Shown piece by piece: positions 31,501 through 37,890 of a stretch of 64,000 bases of DNA. Location: the NCBI GenBank assembly GCA_046350195.1, contig JAXMAW010000028.1, positions 25,490 to 89,489 on the forward strand. The letters are read 5' to 3'. The first letter of the stretch is position 1, and each line of letters begins with the position of its first letter. The DNA comes from Gemmataceae bacterium. Its GTDB lineage: Bacteria; Planctomycetota; Planctomycetia; Gemmatales; Gemmataceae. Position numbers and translations under genes: made by a program. The notes under the pieces were generated by a model. That model was not told where the DNA came from and ran no database searches. It was given only the letters and a program-made list of their open reading frames with translations.

Positions 31501-33985
31501 TCACGCCCTGGTTGGCGGCGACGTCGAGGCGGTAGCGGTCCTCGGCGATGCCGGCGCCGGCGGCGCTGCGCGGCACGACGAACCGGCCGAGCGTGTCGCT
31601 CATCTTGCCCGTCATCGTCATCTGGCTGACGGTCGCGCCGAGGTCGAACGGGTCGAGGTCCACGCCGATGCCGACCTGGGGGTCGCCCGGCCGGCTGAAC
31701 AGCTGGATGTCGCCTGAGACGGTGTTGTCGCCGGAGAGGTTCAGCAGCGCCCCGTTCTGGTTCAGCTCGGCGAAGCGGTGGGTGATGCCCTGGCCGGACA
31801 GCCAGAGGTTCTCCGGCAAGTCGATGTCCAGCCCGCCCAGCCGCGTCCGCTTCAGGTGCAGGGCGGCGCCGAAGGCGACGCGCGTCTCGGGGAACTGGGT
31901 GAAGCCGTTCTGCGGGATGTCCTGGCCGTTGAGGTCCTTGCCGCCGACGAGGATCGGCAGGGTGCGGAGCTGGTCGCCGCCCAGCGCCCGGTCGTTGCGG
32001 GCGGTGATCCAGCCCCCCTGGATGTACGTCACGCCGGTGTACGTGTTCGGCTGGAGCGTGCCGCTGCTGTCGCCACTGAGCACCAGCTCGCCGCCGCCGA
32101 CCTTGAACAGGTCGGCGGAGATGGAGGTGCCGGCGACGTAGGTCTGGCCCAGCCGGACCTCGGGGGTGTCGCGGAACGTGCCGTCCTGGATCACCCCGGA
32201 AAGCGTCAGCTGGCTGTGGAAGAACGGGTCGGTAAACGGGGCGGTGTCCGGCTCGACGCCGACCGACGCCCCGCGGTCGCGGAAGCTGACGCCGGTCGGC
32301 ACGCCTTTTACGCCGATTTGCAGGTCGCCGCGGTCCAGCCGCGTCATCAGCGAGATGGCGCCCTCGAACTCGTTGGTCCCGCGGATGTTCCGCAGCGACC
32401 CCGCCCCGTTGGCGCCGACGCCCATCAGGAACAGGTTCTCGTCGGCGAAGACGATGTCCGTGGCCAGGTGCAGCCGGCCGTCCGGCGAGAAGCCGCCCGG
32501 CTTGGAGTCGTTGCGGCGGTCCGCCTCCAGCTCCAGCGAGCCGTTGGGGAACACGTAGGTGCCGTTCTGCTCGGACCCGGTCGTGCCCAGCGCCTGCGAG
32601 TCGCGGATGTTCAAAAAGCCCTGGAGCACCTCGGTCCGCCCGCGGTAGGTGTTGGCCGAGACGAAGATCACCCGGCCGGGCCGCGTCTTGATCAGCGCGT
32701 ACTCGGTCCGGGTCAGGTCCTGGCTGCCGGGCACCGCCGTCAGGCTGTCGTCGTCGATCCGCCCCTCGATGGCGATCGACGTGTTCGCCTCGGCGCCGAT
32801 GCCGACCGTCGAGTAGTTGACGGCGTTCTGCAGGACGACGCCGGTGTTCGGATCGACCAGTTCCGGCTGTTTCCAGACCAGCGGATCGACGTTCGCCGCC
32901 GCCCCGTCGCCGGTCCACAGCCGCACGTTCTGGGTCCAGGCGTTGTCGCCGCTGGCGTTGTTCAGCGCGCCGGACACCGTCCGGCCGTTGACGCCGGCCT
33001 CCTTGGGCCGGACGTGGACGCCCTCAAACCCAGGGCCGTTCAGCGTGAGCGTCTCCAACGGCACCCGGAAGCCGATGACCTGCTTGGCGGCGTTGCGGAT
33101 CACCGACGGGTCGATCCGTCGGGCGTCGGGCACGTAGCTGAGCTGGAGCGTTCCGGAGCGGCCGGGGAAGCTGTTGACGACGGTGCCGTTGAACCCGAAG
33201 GTCGGCGAGCCGGCCCCCAGGGCGCGGGAGTGGCGGATCTGCAGGATGCCGTTGTTGACGAACGTCTGGCCACGGTACACGTTGCCGGTCGGCGTCCGCA
33301 GCGGGTCGAGGACGACCACCGCGGGGCCTTCCTTCGTCAGGTTGTGGCCGACCGAGGTGTCCCGGATGACGCCCTGGAGCTGGAGGGCGCCGGCGTTGGA
33401 GGCGATGGTCGAATCGGCGTCCAGGGTGATGGCCCCGGTCAGGAAGTTGGTGCCGGCCACGTTGAGCAGCACCCCGTCGCTGGCCGGCCCGGGGCCGTTC
33501 AGGATCAGCGGCTCGGCCATGGCCAGCCCGCCGAGGTCATCGACCTGGAGCTGGCCGCTGTTGGGGAACGTGCTGAGCACGATGGTCGGCCGGGACGACG
33601 ACCCCAGCGCGTTGTGGTGCGTGACCCGGACGGCCCCCTCGACAATGGTGATCGTGCCGGTGTAGCCGGAGTTGTCGTTGCGGAGCACCAGCGTGCCGGG
33701 CCCGTCCTTGCTCAGCTCGACCGGCGAGGTGCTGAAGATGCGCCCGGTGACCGTCAGGTCGGCACCGTCGTCCTCGACCTTGACGAACTGGCGGTTGAAC
33801 TGCCCGCCGCCGAGGACCAGGTTCAGGTTGACGATGTTGTTGGCGGCGCCGAGGTTCGAGGTCAGGTAGCCGGTGCCGGGCGTGGCCGTGCCCAGGATGA
33901 TCGGGTTGCCGTTGAGGCGGAACCCGCTGCTGGCGAACGTGACCGAGTTGAAGGTGGTGTTGACCGGGAAGTTGTTGACCGTCAC
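25511..33985 (-). CDS. giant (at least 2824 aa) surface/adhesin-like protein: PATR-type beta-helix repeats flanking BNR/Asp-box propeller modules; the true N-terminus lies upstream of 33985
   Basis: The translation is coherent across all 8.5 kb. PATR-like units (GPGTLVLRNDNSGYTGTITIVEGAVRV, GTGTLILGTANNYTGSTFINEGLV, GLGQLVLEGLGSYNGATVIAQGDV, and others). Asp-boxes TKDGGLTW, SIDGGKSW, STDGGKTW, TKNGGSSW, TSNGGQTW. The listed start is GTG 33985, but the frame stays open upstream and encodes the LTVEELEVR motif (34141-34103). Confidence 0.9.
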   Translation of the reverse strand: MTVNNFPVNTTFNSVTFASSGFRLNGNPIILGTATPGTGYLTSNLGAANNIVNLNLVLGGGQFNRQFVKVEDDGADLTVTGRIFSTSPVELSKDGPGTLVLRNDNSGYTGTITIVEGAVRVTHHNALGSSSRPTIVLSTFPNSGQLQVDDLGGLAMAEPLILNGPGPASDGVLLNVAGTNFLTGAITLDADSTIASNAGALQLQGVIRDTSVGHNLTKEGPAVVVLDPLRTPTGNVYRGQTFVNNGILQIRHSRALGAGSPTFGFNGTVVNSFPGRSGTLQLSYVPDARRIDPSVIRNAAKQVIGFRVPLETLTLNGPGFEGVHVRPKEAGVNGRTVSGALNNASGDNAWTQNVRLWTGDGAAANVDPLVWKQPELVDPNTGVVLQNAVNYSTVGIGAEANTSIAIEGRIDDDSLTAVPGSQDLTRTEYALIKTRPGRVIFVSANTYRGRTEVLQGFLNIRDSQALGTTGSEQNGTYVFPNGSLELEADRRNDSKPGGFSPDGRLHLATDIVFADENLFLMGVGANGAGSLRNIRGTNEFEGAISLMTRLDRGDLQIGVKGVPTGVSFRDRGASVGVEPDTAPFTDPFFHSQLTLSGVIQDGTFRDTPEVRLGQTYVAGTSISADLFKVGGGELVLSGDSSGTLQPNTYTGVTYIQGGWITARNDRALGGDQLRTLPILVGGKDLNGQDIPQNGFTQFPETRVAFGAALHLKRTRLGGLDIDLPENLWLSGQGITHRFAELNQNGALLNLSGDNTVSGDIQLFSRPGDPQVGIGVDLDPFDLGATVSQMTMTGKMSDTLGRFVVPRSAAGAGIAEDRYRLDVAANQGVIQLTYNFFNIPDRLEIEYQGQVIFNTGLVSTPTAPVTVTVPFGPGTDTFVDIIVNRGSTGDPGTVWEYTAVVTPTNRPAGVDKHGKNRLILQGPGDYSGAFNVREGTVRVQSDTALGVGYKATPGNVNDVIPTTTTVQNGAALEFAGHNPAVNGGVGGGIQVSDRIDLFGTGLAETQRVRVRRAAPGTASFRLVFGNQVTRVLPFGATAAQVQAALNALPPIGAGGVLVTLAIDALDGSYYYTITFQKNLVGADRPQITGGGTGVAVTSGTPVQGGARTVTNLSDDNTALGPVNFNSNVVLDTGNDSRLSFRGDVAGPGGLTKVGRGKMVLAGENSFAGNTVITAGIVSAQSSKAFGLPSTVARRGGTVLLNDASIEVQNDVTIGGEALEVVGNGPNSAPNIQPSWLQLGGGPTVGGQTGGAGTTGTGNTTGRVTSVATDPIDPNVYYITSASGGAWRTKDGGLTWEPLIDHVNDPTYTDQVLFAGTVAVAPSDPRVIYVGLGNPNHAVEDYYGKGILKSIDGGKSWRLIQPPGAAFDRQTISQIVVDPTNADVFYVTVEGPGVNGFDPANPANAGNLNLGIWRFNPALAATFFRPAVAEGWVDLTAPLVGTIVLDDLNRFTDLTVINVNPYLSNPFYPIDAGVPGEVYPNRPEYRMVTFAVGDPTGHDLGVTVAAASNSAYLGFFTDFSDVLPGSPGIPGSAADTAGWTANGFPNGDETIDNIVTPRNGMIKLTGVRPTQPDGNAGRLSRDVRQFAFVSYPVNLDREFLNNPAPGNNDGRFRQLLSMTATYNPAPTVAEWGLGGWGDFAPAIPGGLDGGTPQPNSLPFDNVRTNQPGAGWYANALVVSPAGVTTTNAGRADATRVFVAGVGQPFTNGPFVHVPGATPAWNDVGTSANAPHVNYHGAAVDPLGRVVVATDGGVWRLSSMAADATWENINGSGLNIGEFTGLDVDPFNPNVVIGGTIGNGTILYNGSSYSRAIDGGHGGLTYIHPKSPNLIYHMRNNELVRSTDGGKTWTVVHTVTPSPVYNATGGTNFISYTVSSGLPYQYSEPHLYPYMLPNNDDQSIFGSSGTENFPDYTSSAGFLFVVDPFNPSRVLVVQRSVLPLDNDINILQETLFADLAAGNGQPLTVRTIGEPSKWFPDQQSQPFSTVKIRSVALARFEGAPLADPAFPDAQNAGPDSYDPNTIYVLTNFGLFVTKNGGSSWARRDAGLPTSNLLNTGPYANYGDITVDPTNRNVAYIVRHVFRDGSSAGQVFRTSNGGQTWVDISGELPDLPAWKVTLNSRNGDIYLGNDNGVYRLTGAELADGLTGGGFAWARYGEGLPNVQVKQVVFNAQTNTLTVGTFGRGVFTMFLDDNTDDFENNRFNRGAIRSITGTSVWKGNIQLNGATDVRAERDSTIDFLTPLVEFRAGANLTLNKTGPGRVILSAPTNIGGAVNVLEGALRVDHPAALGSTSPLGKTVVSPFASLELQTNLVNERVELLGPGRTFNGQDTGALRNVSNNNTFTGVLTLRGNSSIGVESGSSLTIGARAGLPGVGVITQAVPGVGFTKEGTGTLILGTANNYTGSTFINEGLVVVTSPRGLGPANSGLTYVRLGAALQLQAPPLPANEVNNDGTIKNAATAPFTVVGEELFLEGTGIANSGALIVIGAVNWQGPIILVSVPPFFPQPSINVATPTSRFNVIGPVSGTGGLVKVGPARMTLTQDSTYEGVTIILAGALRILTPGGLGAAGSTGNRTEVRAGGALELLNPAGMTVADEELWLAGAGLPPVNAGALTNLAGVNTWTGPISLRDNATIGVNTSTRLVLTNDITDVTPANLTKRGLGQLVLEGLGSYNGATVIAQGDVQVNGTVGNVVLAGGTLSGSGAVGQITVSAPNGLVAVGDLTSPTAQLETNSVTWRPDVRFVVNLNDTTPGSGHDKLVVNGNINLNGAILLGTAGPAVAIGDQFTIIETVGGTVNGTFAGLPNGSFVTLSGKRFRVLYLGNAVVLRRE

Positions 33986-34137
33986 CAGGCGGGTGTTGCC
34001 GTCGAAGATCAGGTTGTCGCCGGCGCGCGGGGCGACGTTCTGCTCCCAGTTGACCGGATTCGACCAGAGGTTGTTCCCGCCCCCGCCGTCCCAGACCCGG
34101 GTCGCGGGCGACAGTCGAACCTCCAGTTCCTCGACGG

Positions 34138-34543
34138 TCAGCTTGCGGACGAGGCCCCTGGGGACCTTGTTCTTGTTCTTCGAGCCGAACAGCCGCCGCA
34201 GTCGCGGATGCCGCCGTCCATCGAGATCACGTTGGTGTAGCCCATCTTCTGAAGGTTGTCGGCCGCCAGGGCCGAGCGGAAGCCGCCGCCGCAGTAGAGG
34301 ATCAGCTCCTTCGACGTGTCGGGGAAGCGCTGCTCGACGTCGCGCTCGAGGACACCCCGGCCCATGGGGACGGCTCCGGGCAGGTGGTCGCGGGCGAACT
34401 CGCTCTCCTCGCGGACGTCGAGGATCGTCAGCGGCTCGCCGCGGTCGAGGCGGGCCTTCACCTCGTCAACGGTCGTCTCCTTGACGCGCGCCTTCGTGTC
34501 CTGGACGAGCTTCAGGAAGCGCGGGCTGTGCTGCATCGCCATG
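34138..34543 (-). CDS. single-domain rhodanese (sulfurtransferase); the last ~20 codons look spurious
   Basis: MAMQHSPRFLKLV..LTILDVREESEFARDHLPGAV. Active-site loop ILYCGGGFRSA, then NLQKMGYTNVISMDGGIRD. GGAGG lies 9 nt before ATG 34543. The tail CGGCSARRTRTRSPGASSAS overlaps the giant gene's N-terminal frame. Confidence 0.8.
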
Positions 34544-34547
34544 GGGT

Positions 34548-34811
34548 TCAACCTCCGGGTTGGGTTTGTCGCGCCTCCTCGCGGCGGAAGCGGCGGAGGA
34601 CAAAGAACGCTTCGAGGAGTTGCAAGGCGACGGCGGCGAGGACGATCCACGGCAGGGCGTTCATGACGGCCACGAACCGGCCCAGCGCGGGGTCGTCGGC
34701 GACGGCGAGCCGGTCGCGGAACTCGGCCCACCGCCACCACCACAGCCCGAGGGCGACCGCGGCCAGCGCCAGGGCCGCGCCCAACTGGGCGAGGTAGCGG
34801 CCGCGGGTCAT
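34548..34811 (-). CDS. small membrane protein, 87 aa, two predicted TM helices
   Basis: MTRGRYLAQLGAALALAAVALGLWWW..MNALPWIVLAAVALQLLEAFFVL. Sits 44 nt after the ggt stop and 4 nt before the rhodanese start. Confidence 0.5.
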   Translation of the reverse strand: MTRGRYLAQLGAALALAAVALGLWWWRWAEFRDRLAVADDPALGRFVAVMNALPWIVLAAVALQLLEAFFVLRRFRREEARQTQPGG

Positions 34812-34855
34812 CGTCAGCACGCCGTACAGCTTGATCCGCACCGGCTGCACGTCGG

Positions 34856-36526
34856 TCACTCCCGGAACGCCGCCGGCCGGCCGGCACGGCGGGGGTCCAT
34901 GACACCTTCGTACCTGCCCCCCTTGGCGTTGTAACAGATCGAATGGGCGTCGCCTTGCGCCCGAACCTTCAGGACGCGGTGGCCCATCTTCTCCAGCCGC
35001 GTGACGGCGTCGGCGTGCTTCTCCCAAGTCGCCGTTTCCAGCTGCACCCTGTCGGGGAACCACTGCTGGTGCATCCGCGGCGCGTCCACCGCCTGGTGCA
35101 GCGGCATGTCGTAATCGACCACGTTCACAACCACGCCAAGCACCGTGTTGATGATCGTCCGCCCGCCGGGGCTGCCGGTGATCAGGGCCGGCCGGCCGTC
35201 CTTGACCAGGATCGTCGGCGTCATGCTCGACAGCATCCGCTTGCCGGGTGCGATCAGGTTCGGCTCGGTGCCGACCTGCCCCTTGCGGTTGGTCACCCCC
35301 GGAACGGGGTTGAAGTCGGTCATCTCGTTGTTGAGCAGGAAGCCGCCGCCGCGCACCACCACCTTCGAGCCGAACGAATCTTCCAACGTCGTCGTGGTGC
35401 TGACCGCCATGCCGGAGGCGTCGAGGACGGAATAGTGCGTCGTGTGCGTCTTTTCGTCGGCGAGCTTGATCTCGCCGGCGAGTGACTCGCTCGGCGTGGC
35501 CTTCTTCAGGTCGATGCCCAGCGCGAGCTTCCTGGCGTACTCCTTCGTGGTCAGGTGCGCCGGGTTCTTGACGAAGTCCTGGTCGCCGAGGTAGGCGGCC
35601 CGGTCCCGGTAGGCCCGCCGCATCGCCTCCGTCATCAGGTGCAGCGTCTCGGCGGAGTACCGGGGGTGCCTGTTGAGGTCGAAGGTCTCCAGGATGTTGA
35701 GCATCTCGACGAGGCAGACGCCGCCGGAGGACGGCGGCGGCGGGGCGTACACGTCGTAACCCCGGTAGCTGCCGCGGATCGGCTCGCGCAACTTCGCCCT
35801 GTACCTCGCCAGGTCCTCGGCGGAGATCAGCCCGCCGCCGGCCCTCATCTCCTGGACGATCAGCTCGGCCGTCTCCCCCTTGTAGAACCCGTCCGGGCCT
35901 CTCTCCTGGATCCGCCTCAGCGTCCGGGCCAGGTCGGACAGGACGATCCGGTCGCCGGCCTGCCAGTCGGACTTGCCGCCGTCCTTGCCGTAGGCCCGGA
36001 CGAACTCCGGCGTGACCTGCGTGCCGCGCAGCGCCCAGCCGAGCGACGACGCCAGCTGGGCGTCGATGACGAAGCCCTCCCCGGCCAGCCTCACCGCCGG
36101 GGAGACGACGTCCTTCCACGGCAGCCGGCCGAACCGCTGGTGGGCCAGGTACAGCCCGGCCACGGTGCCGGGCACGCCGACCGCCCGGTGACTGTACCAG
36201 GTGTCCTTTTTGGTGAACATGGTCCGGCTGGCCGCCAGCGGGGCGGTCTCCCGGTAGTCGATGACGACCGGCTCGCCCTTGCCGGTCGCAGGGTGGACCA
36301 GCATGAACCCGCCGCCGCCGAGGTTGCCCGCCGACGGGTACGTCACCGCCATGGCGAACGCCGTCGCCACCGCCGCGTCCACCGCGTTGCCGCCGGCCAG
36401 AAGGACGTCCCGGCCGACGTCCGCCCCCGGCGGCGACACGGCGACGACCATGCCGTGCCGTTGCGACGGGCGGGCGGCGAAGCTGAGGGGGGTGAGGAGG
36501 GTGAGGACGACGAGCAGTCTGCGCAT
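34856..36526 (-). CDS. ggt: gamma-glutamyltranspeptidase
   Basis: Signal peptide MRRLLVVLTLLTPLSFA. GNLGGGGFMLVH. Nucleophile region KTHTTHYSVLD. GSPGGRTIINTV. Start ATG 36526. Confidence 0.92.
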   Translation of the reverse strand: MRRLLVVLTLLTPLSFAARPSQRHGMVVAVSPPGADVGRDVLLAGGNAVDAAVATAFAMAVTYPSAGNLGGGGFMLVHPATGKGEPVVIDYRETAPLAASRTMFTKKDTWYSHRAVGVPGTVAGLYLAHQRFGRLPWKDVVSPAVRLAGEGFVIDAQLASSLGWALRGTQVTPEFVRAYGKDGGKSDWQAGDRIVLSDLARTLRRIQERGPDGFYKGETAELIVQEMRAGGGLISAEDLARYRAKLREPIRGSYRGYDVYAPPPPSSGGVCLVEMLNILETFDLNRHPRYSAETLHLMTEAMRRAYRDRAAYLGDQDFVKNPAHLTTKEYARKLALGIDLKKATPSESLAGEIKLADEKTHTTHYSVLDASGMAVSTTTTLEDSFGSKVVVRGGGFLLNNEMTDFNPVPGVTNRKGQVGTEPNLIAPGKRMLSSMTPTILVKDGRPALITGSPGGRTIINTVLGVVVNVVDYDMPLHQAVDAPRMHQQWFPDRVQLETATWEKHADAVTRLEKMGHRVLKVRAQGDAHSICYNAKGGRYEGVMDPRRAGRPAAFRE

Positions 36527-36663
36527 GGTGCGGTCCCTCGCGAACGGGGCCAGACCATCTGACATCGATCGCGGGGGCCCGATCGGTTAAGAGAACCTGC
36601 TCGGGCCGGCCGACGACGTCCCAGCCGTTCATGGGTCGTGCCGGTTCTGACAGGAGGAGTGCT

Positions 36664-37239
36664 ATGGTACGTCTGGTCTTGGCGGCGTTCCTGGCAGGGG
36701 TGGTGCAATTCGCCTGGGGGTTCTACTTCTGGGCCGCCTCGCCGATGAGCAAGGAGATGATCGGCAAGCTGGCCGACGAGGACAAGGTGGTGCAGGCGCT
36801 GAAGGACGCGAACCCCCAGACCGGCATGTACTTCGTGCCGTTCGCCGACCCGGAGGTGATGTCCGGCGACAGCCCGGGAGCGGCCGAGGCGTTCCAGGAC
36901 CGCCACGCCGAGGGCCCGCTGGTGCAGATCATGTACCGCCGCGAAGGCGCCGCCTGCATGGACCCCAGGCAGATGGGCCTGGGCTTCGCGCACATGGTCG
37001 GCGGGTCGTTCCTGGCGGGGCTGCTGCTGTTGATGGCCGGGCCGGGGCTGCGGACGTACTTCGCCCGGGTGCTGTTCGTGGCGCTCTTGGGCGTGTTCGC
37101 CGTGTTCGCGTTGAACCTGGCGCAGCCGATCTGGTTCCTCCACCCGTGGAAGTACCACCTGCTGCATTCGGTCTTCGACGTCGTCTCGTGGGTGCTGGCG
37201 GCGATCGTGCTGGCGGCGCTGGTCCGCCGGGCGGATTGA
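36664..37239 (+). CDS. hypothetical membrane protein
   Basis: AGGAGG lies 7 nt before ATG 36664. N-terminal TM (VRLVLAAFLAGVVQFAW) and three C-terminal TM helices. Confidence 0.7.
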   Translation: MVRLVLAAFLAGVVQFAWGFYFWAASPMSKEMIGKLADEDKVVQALKDANPQTGMYFVPFADPEVMSGDSPGAAEAFQDRHAEGPLVQIMYRREGAACMDPRQMGLGFAHMVGGSFLAGLLLLMAGPGLRTYFARVLFVALLGVFAVFALNLAQPIWFLHPWKYHLLHSVFDVVSWVLAAIVLAALVRRAD

Positions 37240-37270
37240 GGACGGGGCCGCGCCCGCGGCGAGTCTTCGA

Positions 37271-37307
37271 GCGGGGTAAGCGGTCTGGGGAAGACCGCTT
37301 ACCCCGC
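37271..37307. terminator. 16-bp perfect hairpin, bidirectional terminator
   Basis: GCGGGGTAAGCGGTCT, loop GGGGA, AGACCGCTTACCCCGC. Confidence 0.7.
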
Positions 37308-37427
37308 TTCGCCTAGGTGCCGTAGGCGGCCTTGACGGTCAGCGGAAGGTGCGGGTGGCGTTGCTGACGATCTTCAGGTCGCGGTCGCGCTCATGTTTTC
37401 TCCACGGGGCAGACTCATTCGGTTGAC

Positions 37428-37622
37428 TCACCGCCCGGTCGGTGGCGGGACGCCAAGCTGCTCGCAGATCCCCCGAGCCGTCGTCGTCTTGATCTCGCGG
37501 TGGCGAGGGACGAACGTGTGGCGCCCGTTCGCCGGGTTGGACACCCGAGTATGTTTGCCCCCCTCGCCGACGATCTGGCAGCCGTGATCACGAAGGTGTC
37601 GAAGTAGCTTTTGGCGCGACAA
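37428..37622 (-). CDS. hicA: HicA-family mRNA interferase toxin
   Basis: LLRHLRDHGCQIVGEGGKHTRVSNPANGRHTFVPRHREIKTTTARGICEQLGV fits the HicA/YcfA pattern. TTG start at 37622, overlapping hicB by 35 nt. Confidence 0.8.
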   Translation of the reverse strand: MSRQKLLRHLRDHGCQIVGEGGKHTRVSNPANGRHTFVPRHREIKTTTARGICEQLGVPPPTGR

Positions 37623-37890
37623 GGGGTGTCTCGATTTTTTGTTGAAGGATCAGCTTCATCGGTTCGAGAACCGCCGCGGAAGGGTCGGTCGCGCCGGGGT
37701 CGGGCCGCGGGAGAGGGCGCCCGTCTTTGATCTCCCACTCGACCATGTCGCGCAGGGCCGACCGCAGCATCCTTCGCGCCTTCTCCAAGGTCCGTCCCTG
37801 GGTCAGAACCCCCGGGAAATCGAGGAGCCTGGCCATGTACCAACCGTCCTCGATGGCGTAGTAAGCCGCGTGGTAGTCCAGCTGAATCAT
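37588..37890 (-). CDS. hicB: HicB-family antitoxin (N-terminal UPF0150 fold only)
   Basis: MIQLDYHAAYYAIEDGWYMARLLDFPGVLTQGRTLEKARRMLRSALRDMVEWEIKDGRPLPRP. ATG at 37890. No stop separates it from the upstream ORF. Confidence 0.75.
   Translation of the reverse strand: MIQLDYHAAYYAIEDGWYMARLLDFPGVLTQGRTLEKARRMLRSALRDMVEWEIKDGRPLPRPDPGATDPSAAVLEPMKLILQQKIETPLVAPKATSTPS

Noticed and set aside
25505-34240. Three very long plus-strand ORFs (25505..27742, 27758..31717, 31778..34240) antisense to the giant gene. Similar shadow ORFs elsewhere: 360..1931, 41721..43127, 44049..45632, 47092..48867, 51807..53432, 8749..10074.
   Set aside because: Their translations are Arg/Ala/Gly/Pro/Val low-complexity strings with no motifs, typical of stop-poor alternative frames in ~70% GC DNA. 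In each case the opposite strand carries a clearly recognisable protein.
37313-37427. A short minus-strand reading (..RDRDLKIVSNATRTFR*) downstream of hicA that looks like the C-terminus of a protein.
   Set aside because: It has no start codon, only about 30 codons are open, and no motif is present. It is probably a remnant or chance.
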